A stretch of 64,000 nt of DNA from Podarcis erhardii (lineage: Eukaryota): assembly GCA_964252035.1 (NCBI GenBank), contig OZ176205.1. One strand, 5' to 3'. This document shows, piece after piece, positions 13,372-25,836 of this stretch. The notes under the pieces were generated by a model. The model did not search any database. It worked only from the letters and a program-made list of their open reading frames with translations, and was not told where the DNA came from. How positions within the stretch are numbered: position 1 is the first letter of the stretch; each line of letters opens with the position of its first letter. The position numbers and the translations under genes are program-made.

Positions 13372-14191
13372 GTGAGTAGAGAAGCCCAGTTGGCTGCCTG
13401 GTTTGAAAGAAACACCCCCTCCATCTTCAAAGACAACGTTTTTTAAAACAATCAAGCTATGTATAAATTTTATGAAACAAACACAAATAGATAAAAATAC
13501 TTGGTTTGACCTAGGCTCAAGGTATGCCAGCATAGTTCAAGTTCTCTTGGTTGTGCCAGAGGTATCCAATTTGCCCTCTGGATAAGGTTTAACAGGATAG
13601 AAGGCTTTTTATGGAATTTCCCACCCAGTGAATAGAGTTTGATAGGAGACTTGTATTCTTGATTGAATGGGGATGGTTTAGCATAATCTCTGTAAAATCC
13701 AATTTAATTTCTATAGAATGTTGCTGTTTTTTTATTCTTATTCCAGTACAGCTTATGTTTATGCCTGCAGAGACCATTCAGTCCTCTGTCACAACTATCT
13801 TTGCCCTACATCTCAATAATCCTGAGCCTCCAGGTGTGCTAAGAAACCTCAATCTGCAGCATCCCCATTACTAGTGTGCAGATTTAAACTTGCCCCTTCT
13901 AGGGAAATAGCTTTGTGTACACTTCCAGAATATGCCTGTTACTAGACCATTTCTGCCTAGCACCCACCCTTTACTGTTCAGATGCTTTTTCTGGCATGCT
14001 CTTGAAGTGCTGCAGAAATCAAGTTTTGTGATAGCCCTAGGTCTGGGCTTATAAGGGAAGGGCAAATCCTTGACTGGCAAAAAGCCCCTGCTGATTGCTA
14101 TATTCAACTATTTTTGTCTGCTGAACCCACATCTCACTGCATCACCTTTTTTTTTTGAACAAATGTGAACATCACTGATTAGATTCTTGAA

Positions 14192-14361
14192 GCAGGTACG
14201 TAGCCGTGTTGGTCTGACACAGTCAAAATATATTAAAAAAACAAAAAAAATGTTCAGTGGCACCTTAGAGACCTACTAAGTTTGTTTTTGGAGAAGTGCG
14301 CATGCGCTCGAAAGCTTATACCAAGAACAAACTTAGTTGGTCTCTAAGGTGCTACTGGAAA

Positions 14362-14407
<46 letters not shown>
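14192..14407. mobile_element. Penelope-like-element-derived insertion with an internal 37-bp inverted repeat and (AC)n tail
   Basis: 9-bp TSD ATTCTTGAA (14183-14191 and 14408-14416). Arms at 14255-14291 and 14321-14357 with 3 mismatches. The ...GAAAGCTTATAC...GTTGGTCTCTAAGGTGCTAC motif resembles reptile Penelope pLTR ends. Confidence 0.65.

Positions 14408-14408
<1 letters not shown>
14364..14408. repeat. (AC)n microsatellite, ~22 units
   Basis: Direct reading; it lies inside the TSD of the insertion above. Confidence 0.97.
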
Positions 14409-14409
<1 letters not shown>

Positions 14410-15001
14410 TCTTGAAAGAAGAATTTGGTTATCTGTAAGCCAGTAGATATTGTATGCATCTACCACATAACATTTATTAATTTAGCTGTAGTAACCCAAG
14501 ACATGGAATCTTACTCATCGGACACTGGCAGAAATAATGTTTTGTTACTTAACAAAATGATCTATGTAACATATTTTGCATGCTGATATTCTTTAATGAC
14601 ATATATCACACTTGTTCCGAATGTACACCATTAATTTAGTTTAAAACAGCTTGCTGATGATGTTAGCTGGAGATAGCTGTTTTTAAGAGAAATGAAAATG
14701 ACCTGAGAATGCATTGCTTCCTATGATGTGTACATACATTTTTTGGTCCAACTTTTGCTTGTGGTACAACAGGTTTTTTTTATTATTATTACAAAAACCT
14801 GAGGCAAAAGTGACAAGGGAGTCTCTTTCAAAATGCTTTCAGCTCTGGAAAAAAAGTCATTTGTGTCATCATAGTTTTGTTTGAGCAATGTGTTTATGAG
14901 TGCTTTTTGTTAGAGATCCTGGCAAAGTTATTTCAAGTCATGCTCATGGCAGAAATTGCCTGCTAGTAAAACTTGGCTACTTTTTTGGGGTTACACTCTA
15001 A

Positions 15002-15301
<300 letters not shown>

Positions 15302-15947
15302 TAGCTTCAGCAAAACCAGCTATTTATAACCCACGACCTTTAAGTTACTGGTCTCTAATGGCCCAAAGTACTGCTTTTGGTCAGTGCTATCGTGCAGATA
15401 TCCCATCAACTTTCTGCTTATGAGTAATTTCCAGCCTGAGCCAGTCATTTGCCCCTTGAAGAATGGTCCCCAAAATTACTGCTTTGCATCCTAGAAATAT
15501 GTTAGCAGGATTGAATCTGTGCCAATTCTCCTTTGAAGGAGTATTCTGGCCTTCCACTCTCCTAACCCAAGTTCAGCTCTACACCCAGTGATATTGCTAT
15601 ATGGTGTTAGTGTAGTAGCTCTTCCAAGTCAGGCAGATCTCTGCTGAGATCCTTTTACATTTATTCTAATTGGCAGGTTAACTCAAGATTCCAGGCTTTA
15701 GCCCTCTTCATCATACCTAGTGTTTCTTGTTGCTTGCAAATCTAGCTGAGATGCTGGGCTTCTGGAGCCACGTACTGTTCTTTTGTGCCCTTTCTTGTGA
15801 TGAGGGGAGTGTGGCTTAATTGAATTATCTATGTTATGAACTAGATTTCCTGATGGTTGGGAGCAGGGGTGGTGGTAGGCCACTAAACTGCCTGAAGCAC
15901 CTCTAAGGGTCAACTCTGCCTTTGAAAATATATTTTTTTCCTTTCAG

Positions 15948-16022
15948 GTGAGAGAGCGCTTACGGGCAGCACTGGAACGAGTAGCTACACTAGAAGAACA
16001 GCTTTCTAGTGCTCACCAACAG
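15948..16022 (+). CDS. PPFIA4: Exon C (VRERLRAALERVATLEEQLSSAHQQ), 75 nt
   Basis: ctttcag| acceptor, CAG|gtaaat donor. The RAALERV..LEEQL..AHQQ wording matches alpha-4 as I recall it. Confidence 0.96.
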
Positions 16023-16939
16023 GTAAATACTGGGTTTTAGATTGTACTGTGGATTTCAGGGAGGTGAAATAAAAGAAACTAAGACTGTTGATTGCAGAAA
16101 AAAATGTATCTGCAGCACTATGTGACATGCGATCTTTATATTTTTGTTTCAGTTGTTGGACTTGTGACACAAACTCCTGTATATTTCTCTCTTATTTTCT
16201 TTAGACAAGAATCCCTTTTTAAATACTCCTCTAAAGCTATTTTATACTGATATAAGGAATTTTGGTAACAACCAAGGTAAACTTGAAGCCATTGTTATGA
16301 GAGATAATTAAAATAATTGTGGAAAGCTACCCAGGCTGCATGGGGTTTCATAAATGGAAAAAACAAAAAATGTACAGGAAGGGGGAGGAAGGACCAGTTG
16401 CTAAGAAGCACACATTGCAGCAGCAAACTTATGTCAAGAGAATATTGCAAAGGGGGGGGGGGGACCCAAAATAATTGCGGTAAGTAATGTGACTAGGTAG
16501 CAGAGAGAAAAAAATATGTTACAAGATTAAAGGTGAAAGGAAGATACAGGATACACCCCTGGATGTCACAGACCCGATCAGCTCATACCTCACGGCTTCT
16601 ACTTGAAAAACAATAATTGGACACATTAAATGTATTCATGCTTTTACATTATTGTGTGGTTGGGCCCTTACTTTCCAGGCTGGTCTTACACAAAAAGAAG
16701 TCAAATTACCTGTTACAGTGCCAGTTACCTATGCTCCCACACTAAGTTATTGAATCACTTTGCATAGTAAAAATCCTGGCTTTTACAGAACTCTCCTTCA
16801 TAAGCGTGTGCAATGACAGCTTCTTAACAGTGACAGCAACAATAGAAGGTGGACAAGAAGCTCTGCATGTTCTGCATTCTTATTTTTCACACTTAAGGAA
16901 ACCTTAAGTACAAGTGTTTATTTAAAATGTATTTTTCAG

Positions 16940-17041
16940 GTAAGTGCTCTTCAGCAAGGCCCCTCCCAGAGGGAAGCACCTGTAGGAGAAGATGATAAAA
17001 GGACTGAAGGAAAAGAATCTGGGCAGAAGCTACTTTGGAAG
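16940..17041 (+). CDS. PPFIA4: Exon D (VSALQQGPSQREAPVGEDDKRTEGKESGQKLLWK), 102 nt
   Basis: atttttcag| acceptor, AAG|gtgaga donor. The VSALQQG...LWK ends match PPFIA4. Confidence 0.92.
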
Positions 17042-17445
17042 GTGAGAGCCATCTTTCTTGGAAGTGGAGAGTATCTAATGTAATATTGAAGTACTATGTG
17101 TTTACAGCTGTGGGTCATTCAACCAGAGGTACAAAATGGGAACCCTTTGCTTACTGATAAATTTTATGTTCCCTTACTATTTTTAAACTCTGCAATAATA
17201 GCCCCGTTGAATAAATGTCCAGTGGCAAGTTACAGCTACCTCAAAATGCCTCCTTTTCAGAAAAGACCAGCGCTACAGTAGCAATCTAGCATCTCTTGCA
17301 TACTGTTAGAAAGAAGAAAAACCGATAGTTCATTTGGTGAGCTAATTTATTGAAATGTCGCTCAGTGGCCTTTGTTTGGTACTGTGTTTGACTGAGTAGT
17401 GCATATTCCTTGGAAACATAGTTCTTTGTTATATGACTTTCACAG

Positions 17446-17667
17446 AGACTTCCTAATGGCTCTATACATCCGGATGATGAGGCAAGCCGGACTGTGGAAC
17501 TGCAGGAACTTCTAGAGAAGCAAAACTTTGAGGTAGCGCAAGCTAAAGAACGAATAGCTGCTTTGGCTGCTAGTGTTGCTGAGCTAGAAGAAGATCTAAG
17601 TACGGCCAGGAGGGACCTAATCAAATCAGAAGAAATGAGCGGCAAGTACCAGAGGGACCTAAGAGAG
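17446..17667 (+). CDS. PPFIA4: Exon E (RLPNGSIHPDDEASRTVELQELLEKQNFE...KYQRDLRE), 222 nt
   Basis: ctttcacag| acceptor, GAG|gtgaga donor. Open frame of 74 codons. Confidence 0.93.
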
Positions 17668-17974
17668 GTGAGAGAGTTCTGTTCCAGCAGCATAAACTAT
17701 GTTATCAAGAGAATCTCTGAAGCAACTTTAAAATCCATCTTATTTTTTCCAGGCGTAGCAAAAATAAAATAGTCTGAGCATCTTGCAGAAAGTTATTGCT
17801 GTTTCTAGCAGTGAGCTTAGTTATTCAGTGTCAAAGTAATTTTTTTTTAATCTTAACTAGAGATTTGCGACCCTGCCTCCTCCCAGTTTGCCCAGATAAT
17901 TAATTGGGCTTTCAGTGTTCTAGTAGAATACTTTGGGGTGGGGGGACCAGTTTTTCAGGTGTTCCCTGTGAGTA

Positions 17975-18208
17975 CAGTGGTACCTCAGGTTACATACACT
18001 TCAGGTTACATATGCTTCAGGTTACACACTCCGCTAACCAAGAAATAGTACCTTGGGTTAAGAACTTTGCTTCAGGATGAGAACAGAAATCGCGCAGCGG
18101 CAGCATCAGGAGGCCCCATTAGCTAAAGTGGTGCTTCAGGTTAAGAACAGTTTCAGGTTAAGAATGGACCTCTGGAACGAATTAAGTACGTAACCAGAGG
18201 TACCACTA
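17975..18208. mobile_element. Tigger-like MITE
   Basis: ta|CAGTGGTACCTCAGGTTA...GAGGTACCACT(a). Shares its core 'caggatgagaac...ggaggccccattagc' with the 12741 copy. Confidence 0.85.
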
Positions 18209-18724
18209 AAAGTACAATTACCATTTTCCTGCCACTTTCCCTTCCTTGCCAGCTCTCTACTTCATCAAGCCAAAAACCCTGGGGAAGAGAAAGACATGAC
18301 AGATAGTGGGAGGGTTCTCAACAACACAGGAAAGGCCTTGTAGCTGCAAATGGTGCATAGAGCATTATTTCTTGCAATCATGAGGTTTGACTGGTGGGAG
18401 CCTCCACCACCATTTGCCTTGTCCCTCAAGTTATGGTTGTTTTGAGGGGAAAAGATGGATGAGGCTGTTGGGCAGGGCTGGAGAGTGGTGGAGGCAAGTG
18501 TGAGCCCAACTTTCATTTGGAATCAGCTGAAATGGTTCCAATACAACCTTTCAAAATGGGGACAGCTTATTAATGCGGAGAGAGTTTGCATTTTGAGCTT
18601 CAGTGTAGTACCTCAATAGTCATAACAAGCCCTTCTCATGCTGTGGTTCAGGCAGATTTTTCTATCATCATGAGGGCCATACAACCACAAAGTTCGTGAC
18701 TTTCTTCATGGCTCATCCTACCAG

Positions 18725-18871
18725 GCTTTGGCACAGAAAGAAGACATGGAGGAGAGGATCACCACCTTGGAGAAGCGCTATTTGGCAGCCCAAAGAGAAG
18801 CCACCTCCATTCATGACCTCAATGATAAACTAGAGAATGAGCTGGCCAATAAAGAGTCTCTCCATCGCCAG
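18725..18871 (+). CDS. PPFIA4: Exon F ([25 protein letters not shown]...ESLHRQ), 147 nt
   Basis: ctaccag| acceptor, CAG|gtaaca donor. Confidence 0.97.
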
Positions 18872-18985
18872 GTAACAGGCTTTAATGGCATGCCGTCTGA
18901 AAAGCCAGCATCCTTCCCCTGAGTCAAGGGCATGTGTGGCTATAGACATAGGTACTTCAAGGCCCTCCTTTGACACACTCTCTTG

Positions 18986-18988
<3 letters not shown>

Positions 18989-19041
<53 letters not shown>
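18989..19041. repeat. (AT)n microsatellite, ~26 units
   Basis: Direct reading. Confidence 0.97.
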
Positions 19042-19046
<5 letters not shown>

Positions 19047-19693
19047 TTTGATGATTTTAACACTAATCAACCACAAGTAGGTATCAGCATGGTGTATAAG
19101 GCCAAAAAGGTCATACAACCAAAAGTGCAACCATGAAATGAAAAACAATAAAATACAGTCAAAAGACACAAATAAAATGCCTGGGGAAACAGAAACGTTT
19201 TCACTTGACACCAATAAGTTTGCACCAGTTGTATCTCTGTGTTGAGGGTGCCACAGTTGGGGTGCCATGACAGAAAAGGCTTAGCTTGGTTGATACACTT
19301 GTGTGTAGATCTTAAGATACAGGCAAGCTATATAGGAAGAAATATTCAAGATACCCAGGTTCCAATCCTTTTAAAGTTTTAAAGATTAAAACCAACACAT
19401 TTATTTGAGGCAAGAAGCAAATAGGCAGCCCAAGTTGTTCTCTTGGAATTGGTGCAATAGCATCCCCTTAGTCAATGCCCATTAACATTCTGGCAGCCAC
19501 ATTCTGCACTAGTTGAAGCTTTGGTCATCTTTAAGGATGGCCCCCATGTACAACTTGTTGCATTAAGCCTGTGAGTAACTTACTAGAATATGGACTACTG
19601 TAACCAGACTATTCCTGTCCAGGAACGGATGTAGGCTGAAGCTGTGTTTGATCACCCCCTTTTTCATGACTGCCATTCTGCATTGTTCTACAG

Positions 19694-19828
19694 TGTGAGG
19701 AGAAAGCACGGCATCTCCAGGAGCTTCTTGAACTGGCAGAGCAGAAACTGCAACAGACAATGAGGAAAGCTGAGACGCTGCCTGAGGTGGAAGCTGAGCT
19801 GGCCCAAAGGATAGCAGCACTCACCAAG
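19694..19828 (+). CDS. PPFIA4: Exon G ([45 protein letters not shown]), 135 nt
   Basis: ttctacag| acceptor, AAG|gtaagt donor. Confidence 0.97.
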
Positions 19829-20751
19829 GTAAGTATGCAACCAGAAGCTGGCTTCAAAGCCCAGGGTACAGAAAGGGTTTAGTGTTTCTCCAGAACTCAG
19901 AACTTTCCTGGGATGGAGGAGAAAGGTGGAAGAAAGAGGAGCTTTTTAATTCATGCTACAAGTATTACTTTTTCCTTTCTGCTCTGTATTGTCTCTTCTG
20001 CAGTAGCTGGGTATCATGAGCCACCTCTTTGGATGGTGGCCTCTCCTAAGGAGGGTTTTGTTTGTTTGTTTTTAAATGATGCTCTAGCAGGTCATGCTGG
20101 GTTTTTTCATAGGTATGTTTTAGGCACCCAGAATGTGAAGGCAGGGCTTGCTTCTCAAGAATGACCTAAAGTGCATTCTTTCAACCAAGAAGCCAAGCAC
20201 AGCATTGGGCTAGGCAAACTTAGAACAAGGGCTTGAGGTCCCTTTACCATTCCTGAGTCTTTTACCTCAGAGATTGCTACTTTTATACAGGCATTAAAAA
20301 AATGGGACAGGAGCATAAATCTCTGTTAAACTAATTGTGCAGCTGTTAAATGAAATAGGCATTGCGAGGAGTGATATGGACCAGGAAGTTGCTGTGAAGT
20401 TTGTACAGCAAAATTCAGAAGGTCCATATGACACTTCCTCAAGCTTAGCTTGATGCAAGGTTATTTTAGATCTGAGCTCAGTAAGAATCTCCAGTGTATT
20501 AATGTGCTAGTGCTTGAGAGAGACCTTTCCAAGCATCCCTCAGCTTATGTTTAACACCCACCCAAATATCTCATGAGAACAAATCCACTATGGTCACATT
20601 CCTATATTTTTGTGTAGTACTGCACTCTGCCTGATTGCTGTGTCAGTATGTTCTTATGTAAGAACAGGTATCTCTTATCTCTGCTCCCTATCCCAATTCC
20701 CAGAGCTTGTAAGAATTGCTAATTCCTTTGGGACTGTCTTGTTCTGTGTAG

Positions 20752-20835
20752 GCAGAAGAAAGGCATGGCAGTATTGAAGAGCGACTGCGGCAGCTGGAGA
20801 CTCAGTTGGAGGAGAAGAACCAAGAACTAGCAAGG
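20752..20835 (+). CDS. PPFIA4: Exon H ([28 protein letters not shown]), 84 nt
   Basis: ctgtgtag| acceptor, AGG|gtaggt donor. Confidence 0.97.
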
Positions 20836-21701
20836 GTAGGTTGACTACTGTAGAGTATATAGCACTGCTTTTTATCATTTTTAACACCTTATTTACAGCA
20901 CCACAGTTTAGGTCAGGATCCTGTTGTGGGAGGGAGAAAGATGATTTGGAGTTAGCTTCTACATTTGCTACTAGGATTTCAGTGTCTTATTCACAAGTGT
21001 TGCATCACATGGTTTCTGCAAGTCTTTGACCACGCTGTTATAGCCTGCTTCTTTAAGGCTGAGTTTTGATGGCATGGTTAAAGTTGTGACACCCAGGCAC
21101 ACAGGAAACTCCTTTATAATTCAGCTCTGCGTAGTGGAACAGTTGTATCACAGATGGTGGTCAGCACTTCTGAATTCAATCCAAGTTCTGAAATAAAATG
21201 GGACTTCTTATAATTTCACTCCTACCAAAATCTATTCATCTTCCTTCCTGATAGCCCTATAATGTATACTAACAAAACATTTATTTTGTTTTGGGTTGCC
21301 ATTTCAAAGACTTTTAATACTAATTTCAGTAAGCAGTTTCACAATAGTTGCAAGGAAAGGTTTTTTGGTCATTATTGTACACAAGAATAAATCTGTACCA
21401 CTGAATGATATAAAATCACTTCTTAATTTGCAGTGTAAATAATATTCATAGGAATTGGGCTCCCCACTTGTATAAGCTGATGTAGTGGAACCAATAACAG
21501 TTTGGAAAGTGGATTCTCAAATCTTCCAATCAATATGGTGGACATAGTATGCTTGTGAAAACTTTACTACATTAGGTTGTTAGAAAGAAGGTTATTTTGG
21601 AGGAGATTTTTCAATGATTAGGGCTAATTTTACAGCAATTTCAAGGCCAATCTTCTTTGAATTACTTGGTTGATCATGATTCCCCCTCAACTCCCAAACA
21701 G

Positions 21702-21833
21702 GCCCGCCAGAGGGAGAAAATGAATGAGGAACACAACAAGCGGTTGTCTGATACTGTGGATAGACTGCTGAGTGAGTCCAATGAGCGGCTTCAGCTTCAT
21801 TTGAAAGAACGGATGGCAGCCCTTGAAGAGAAG
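21702..21833 (+). CDS. PPFIA4: Exon I ([44 protein letters not shown]), 132 nt
   Basis: ccaaacag| acceptor, AAG|gtatgt donor. Confidence 0.97.
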
Positions 21834-23328
21834 GTATGTATGTATTAGACACCTCATAAAATTAGCTCTATGGGTGTCATACACAACTGGCTTTTTTGCC
21901 ATGCTATGGTTAAGATCGAAAAGATAATTTTGCTGACAGTCAGGGTTTGACTGGAATGTTGGGGCCATCCTAAAAAGAAACTGAGATCATAGCTATTCTT
22001 GATCAATTAATTCCAACTATTGAGTCAGGCCCAAGATTCTTTTAAAAATGAATGTTAGCAAAATACTATTGCTATGGAGTAGAGCAGTGGTTCTCAAGTG
22101 GTGGTTTCTGACCCCAAGGGGTCCGCATAACCCATCCAGAGAGTCTGTGACACCACTCATGTGTAACAAAAACTACCATAGAGATAACAAAAATTTCAAA
22201 AGTAGGGGGTCCATGGTTTGGCTTAGCTAACTGGAAGCCACAAGTAGAGGATCTTAGAGACTGGTTTTGCAGAGAAGGCCTCCTTCTTTGTTGCCTTGGG
22301 CTCTGCTGGTCCCTTTGCATCTTCCTTTGGACTTAGTGTATTCTAACTAATTCTAAGGGATAGAGGATTGCACTGATGGCTTCTTGAATGATTTGTTGGT
22401 ACAATTTAACTGGCTGCAATAAATGTGGAATAAAATTTTGGCTTTTAGGATGCTCTTGTGTGAGATCAAGTCTCATCTACCTACATCTTCATGTATTGGC
22501 ATCTAAGTATTTGTAGTGGTATCAAAAAACCATTGTTCATTGAGGATGGATGGGTAATTGGTTGGATGGGGGGGAGATTTTTAAAATGTTTTTGTTACTT
22601 TACTTTGCCAAATTGTTACCTCACACAATATTTATTTCATATACGCACACGCTGATGCTGTTGCTGTCTAATAGCAACAAGGAGCAATTCTCAGTACTAG
22701 GAAAATACAGAAGATAGCAACACCACTCTCATTTCACAGAGTTCACTTTGTAGGTACCTGCACATTTTGCCCCATAACTTTCTGTCCCGGAGGGGTTGAT
22801 ACTTACCTAAAAATAAATAAGTTGTTGCTCAGAATGTGGGACACCTGTCCGGGAGCACCAGCAAAATCGTTTCCAGATGCTATGGTGCCTGCAGGTGCTG
22901 GGTTGATGACCCCTGTGTTAGTCATTCCATCTCAAAGGGTGGTTTGTTTTTTTTAAATGACTGTTGTGCTGGATATTCAGACATGAGTGACTTTGACAAG
23001 CTCTGCTCAAGGTCTATCGAAAGTATTCCTCTCTGCATTTACAATTCATGGACCTGATTAGAACACCTATGCATTTTGAATGCTAACTTCAATTGTCTCA
23101 GTTCTCCTGTAACTAGAGTTGTTTAGCTCTTGGGGTGTGACAGGTTCCAAATTGCACAAAAGGGAGCCATAACAGCAGTCAGTGAGGCACAATTGCCTGG
23201 CTGAAATCTGCTAGGGAAAAACAGGGACTTCTTCAGTACAGTACATTTTCAGGGGTGGAATGCATTTTTGAAGCCTACCCATTTTCAGCCCTAGCTCTGC
23301 TATGTTGCCAGTATGATAGAGACCTGAC

Positions 23329-23768
23329 CAAGGCCGTCTTTAGCAGATGTGGTGCCGGGGTGCAAATATCCGCTCAGCGCCCACAAATTAACCATGGATA
23401 GTTGGGGGGGGGTTGCGAAGCTGCGCATTGCCAGCCATGGGAGGGGTGCGGAACTCTCCCCCATGCCGCTGCGGGAGAGCAATCCCCGCAGAGGCTTGGG
23501 AGAGAAGCTGCGCAGCCACCAGCCATATAGTTAGCGGGGCACAGCTTCCACCCTAAGCTTCTGCAGGGATTGCTCTCCTCCCGTGGAGGCTTGGGAGGCA
23601 AGCTGTACGCCCACCAGCCATATGGTTGACGGGGCACAGCTGGCGGGCATGCAGGGAAAGGGGAGGCTGCCGGCAAAGCTGCACAGCTCCCCCACTGACT
23701 GGGGTGCCCCTGAGAGGCCAGGGCCCTGGCACAATGCACCACTAAGTCATATGGGAAAGACGGCTCTG
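23329..23768. mobile_element. hAT (Tip100-like) non-autonomous element, 440 bp, GC-rich
   Basis: Exact 8-bp TSD GACCTGAC (23321-23328 and 23769-23776). TIRs CAAGGCCGTCTT / AAGACGGCTCTG. Two internal imperfect tandem units containing 'gaggcttgggag...caccagccatat...cggggcacagct'. Confidence 0.85.
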
Positions 23769-24864
23769 GACCTGACTCACACATCTTCATATTTTTTTAA
23801 GGATATGCTTATTCTCTTTCTCCCCCCCTCCCCGCATGGAAAAGGGAACAGAGGAAACTCCCATACAAGGAGTTAGGTGTATGGGCAGGTAACAAACAAA
23901 GCAACCATTAGGCTGAGCTCATCTCCTCTCTGAATTGCAAAAAGGTCCACCATGTAGGGATCTGCTCTATGGGAGCCAGCTTTTCTTCCTATCAACAAGG
24001 ATGCACACATTGCCATTTATAGCAAATTCTTCCTCTGTAGCTAATGAGCCCAGAATTTAGGGCACCAATGGGTCATTACCTCTTCCATTATCTCGTTTAT
24101 ACTGGTGCTGAAGAATAATAATAATAGCATTTTGCATGCTCTGCATCCAGGTGTAAGTGATTTTACGTGAGTTTAGGGAGTAATGCTGTGGGCTGAAATC
24201 CTAATTGTTTGACCATCTGGGAACCCCTCCTGTTCTACTGGTCTCAAGTTTAGAAACTTGGCATAAAGAACTTTCATTGGCTCAGATTTGTCACTGTCAA
24301 ATCTAAGTAGCCTTGTAGGTTCCCCAATACCATTTGCCTTTATGAATGCTAATAAAAATATTAAGTGCTTAATTTGTTTTGTAAATTGGCACACTGCTGC
24401 CTTTGGAAGTTAATTTTTGGCATCCTCCCTAGAGGCTCATGTGAACTCTTGTGGAGGGATCACTTCTACAATTATCCTTTGGACAATGCAGATGTCTGTT
24501 CTGATATATGGCTTTCAATCTCAATACTCAGAGTTCTCCAGAAAGCCACTTGAACAGCTTTACTTAGAGACCTATATCTTTGGTCCCTTGCTAAATGAGC
24601 ATTCAGCCTGATTGGTTTGTGGAGAGATGAGACAACGTTGGTTTCTTAATGAGTGTTCAGTCTGATTTGTTTGTGGGGAGATTAGATGAATTGCATCAAG
24701 AAAGTGTTAACCCACACTTTCCAGTGCATTTTTCTGTCATATTCCTTTACCGCAAAAAGTTTGTTCATTTGGGGAAGTGGATTTGTTTTCCAAGAGCTCC
24801 AATTTTAAATCAAATTTGAAGCTCCCTTTCTCTCTCTTGTAATTACTCACCTTTGCTTTTTAAG

Positions 24865-24927
24865 AACACATTATTACAAGAACTGGAAAATACCCAAAAA
24901 CAAATAGAGGAGCAGCAGCATGACAAG
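24865..24927 (+). CDS. PPFIA4: Exon J (NTLLQELENTQKQIEEQQHDK), 63 nt
   Basis: ctttgctttttaag| acceptor (AAG type), AAG|gtaaat donor. Confidence 0.92.
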
Positions 24928-25836
24928 GTAAATGCCACTCCGGGGAACTGAGGAAGGAGTGGCAAATATATTTGTTAAGTGCATTTTTGTTGTCTTGAAA
25001 TTGCATGATCAGAAACTGTCAAATGGTTGTATCATGATCACTATAAATAGTTTTATAGATCACTATAAATAGCTTTTTGCTTCCCTGCTGGGTTCTCATT
25101 TAGAAGAGAAGCTGATCAAACTGTTCATTTCCAGTGAGCAGGATGTCCTCATAGAGGACTGAAGTGGTTCTGTTCTGCCCACAAACACTGCATTTGGGGC
25201 AGGATTTTAGTAGGGATAGGATCTTAGCTAAAAGGTATTAAAGTTAACTGCAAATAACTCCCTTTGGAGTCCTGTCTAGTGTCATCTCAACATTTTAACT
25301 GGAGACCTTTCCAACCCCATTGCCCTCGCCAAAGTTCTTGTGCAGGCTTCTGCTGGCAGGGCGCAATAATTGACTCCCACCCTTTGTATAGATGTAGCAG
25401 GACTACTTCACTCCCCTAACTTTAATATGTGGACAAAAATGGCACTATATTGCATGATCTTCTTGTTTATGGTATTGAGGCTTGCATACAATGATTTTTA
25501 GGATAAGCCTTGGCTTTTTGGTCACTTCTGTCTACAGCTATAGATTTCTCACTGTTTGCTAGCATGACCAAATACATTCTCTGAGCAACAACAGGAATAC
25601 AATTAGTGTCCAAGTAGCATTCACTTGCTGCATGTAACAGCCAACAACCAATAAGTGCCTGCTTTTCCCGCACCCTTTTGCCTGCCTCTTTGTCCCCTTA
25701 TTCTCCCCTGCTTTCCCTTCAGCATGATAATCTACAATTGCTGCATGACTTTTGACATCACAGATGGTATGAAATATGTGTGTTACCATAGTTGTACTGG
25801 CTATAGAGAAACTATTTCTTATTTTGTTGTGAACAG

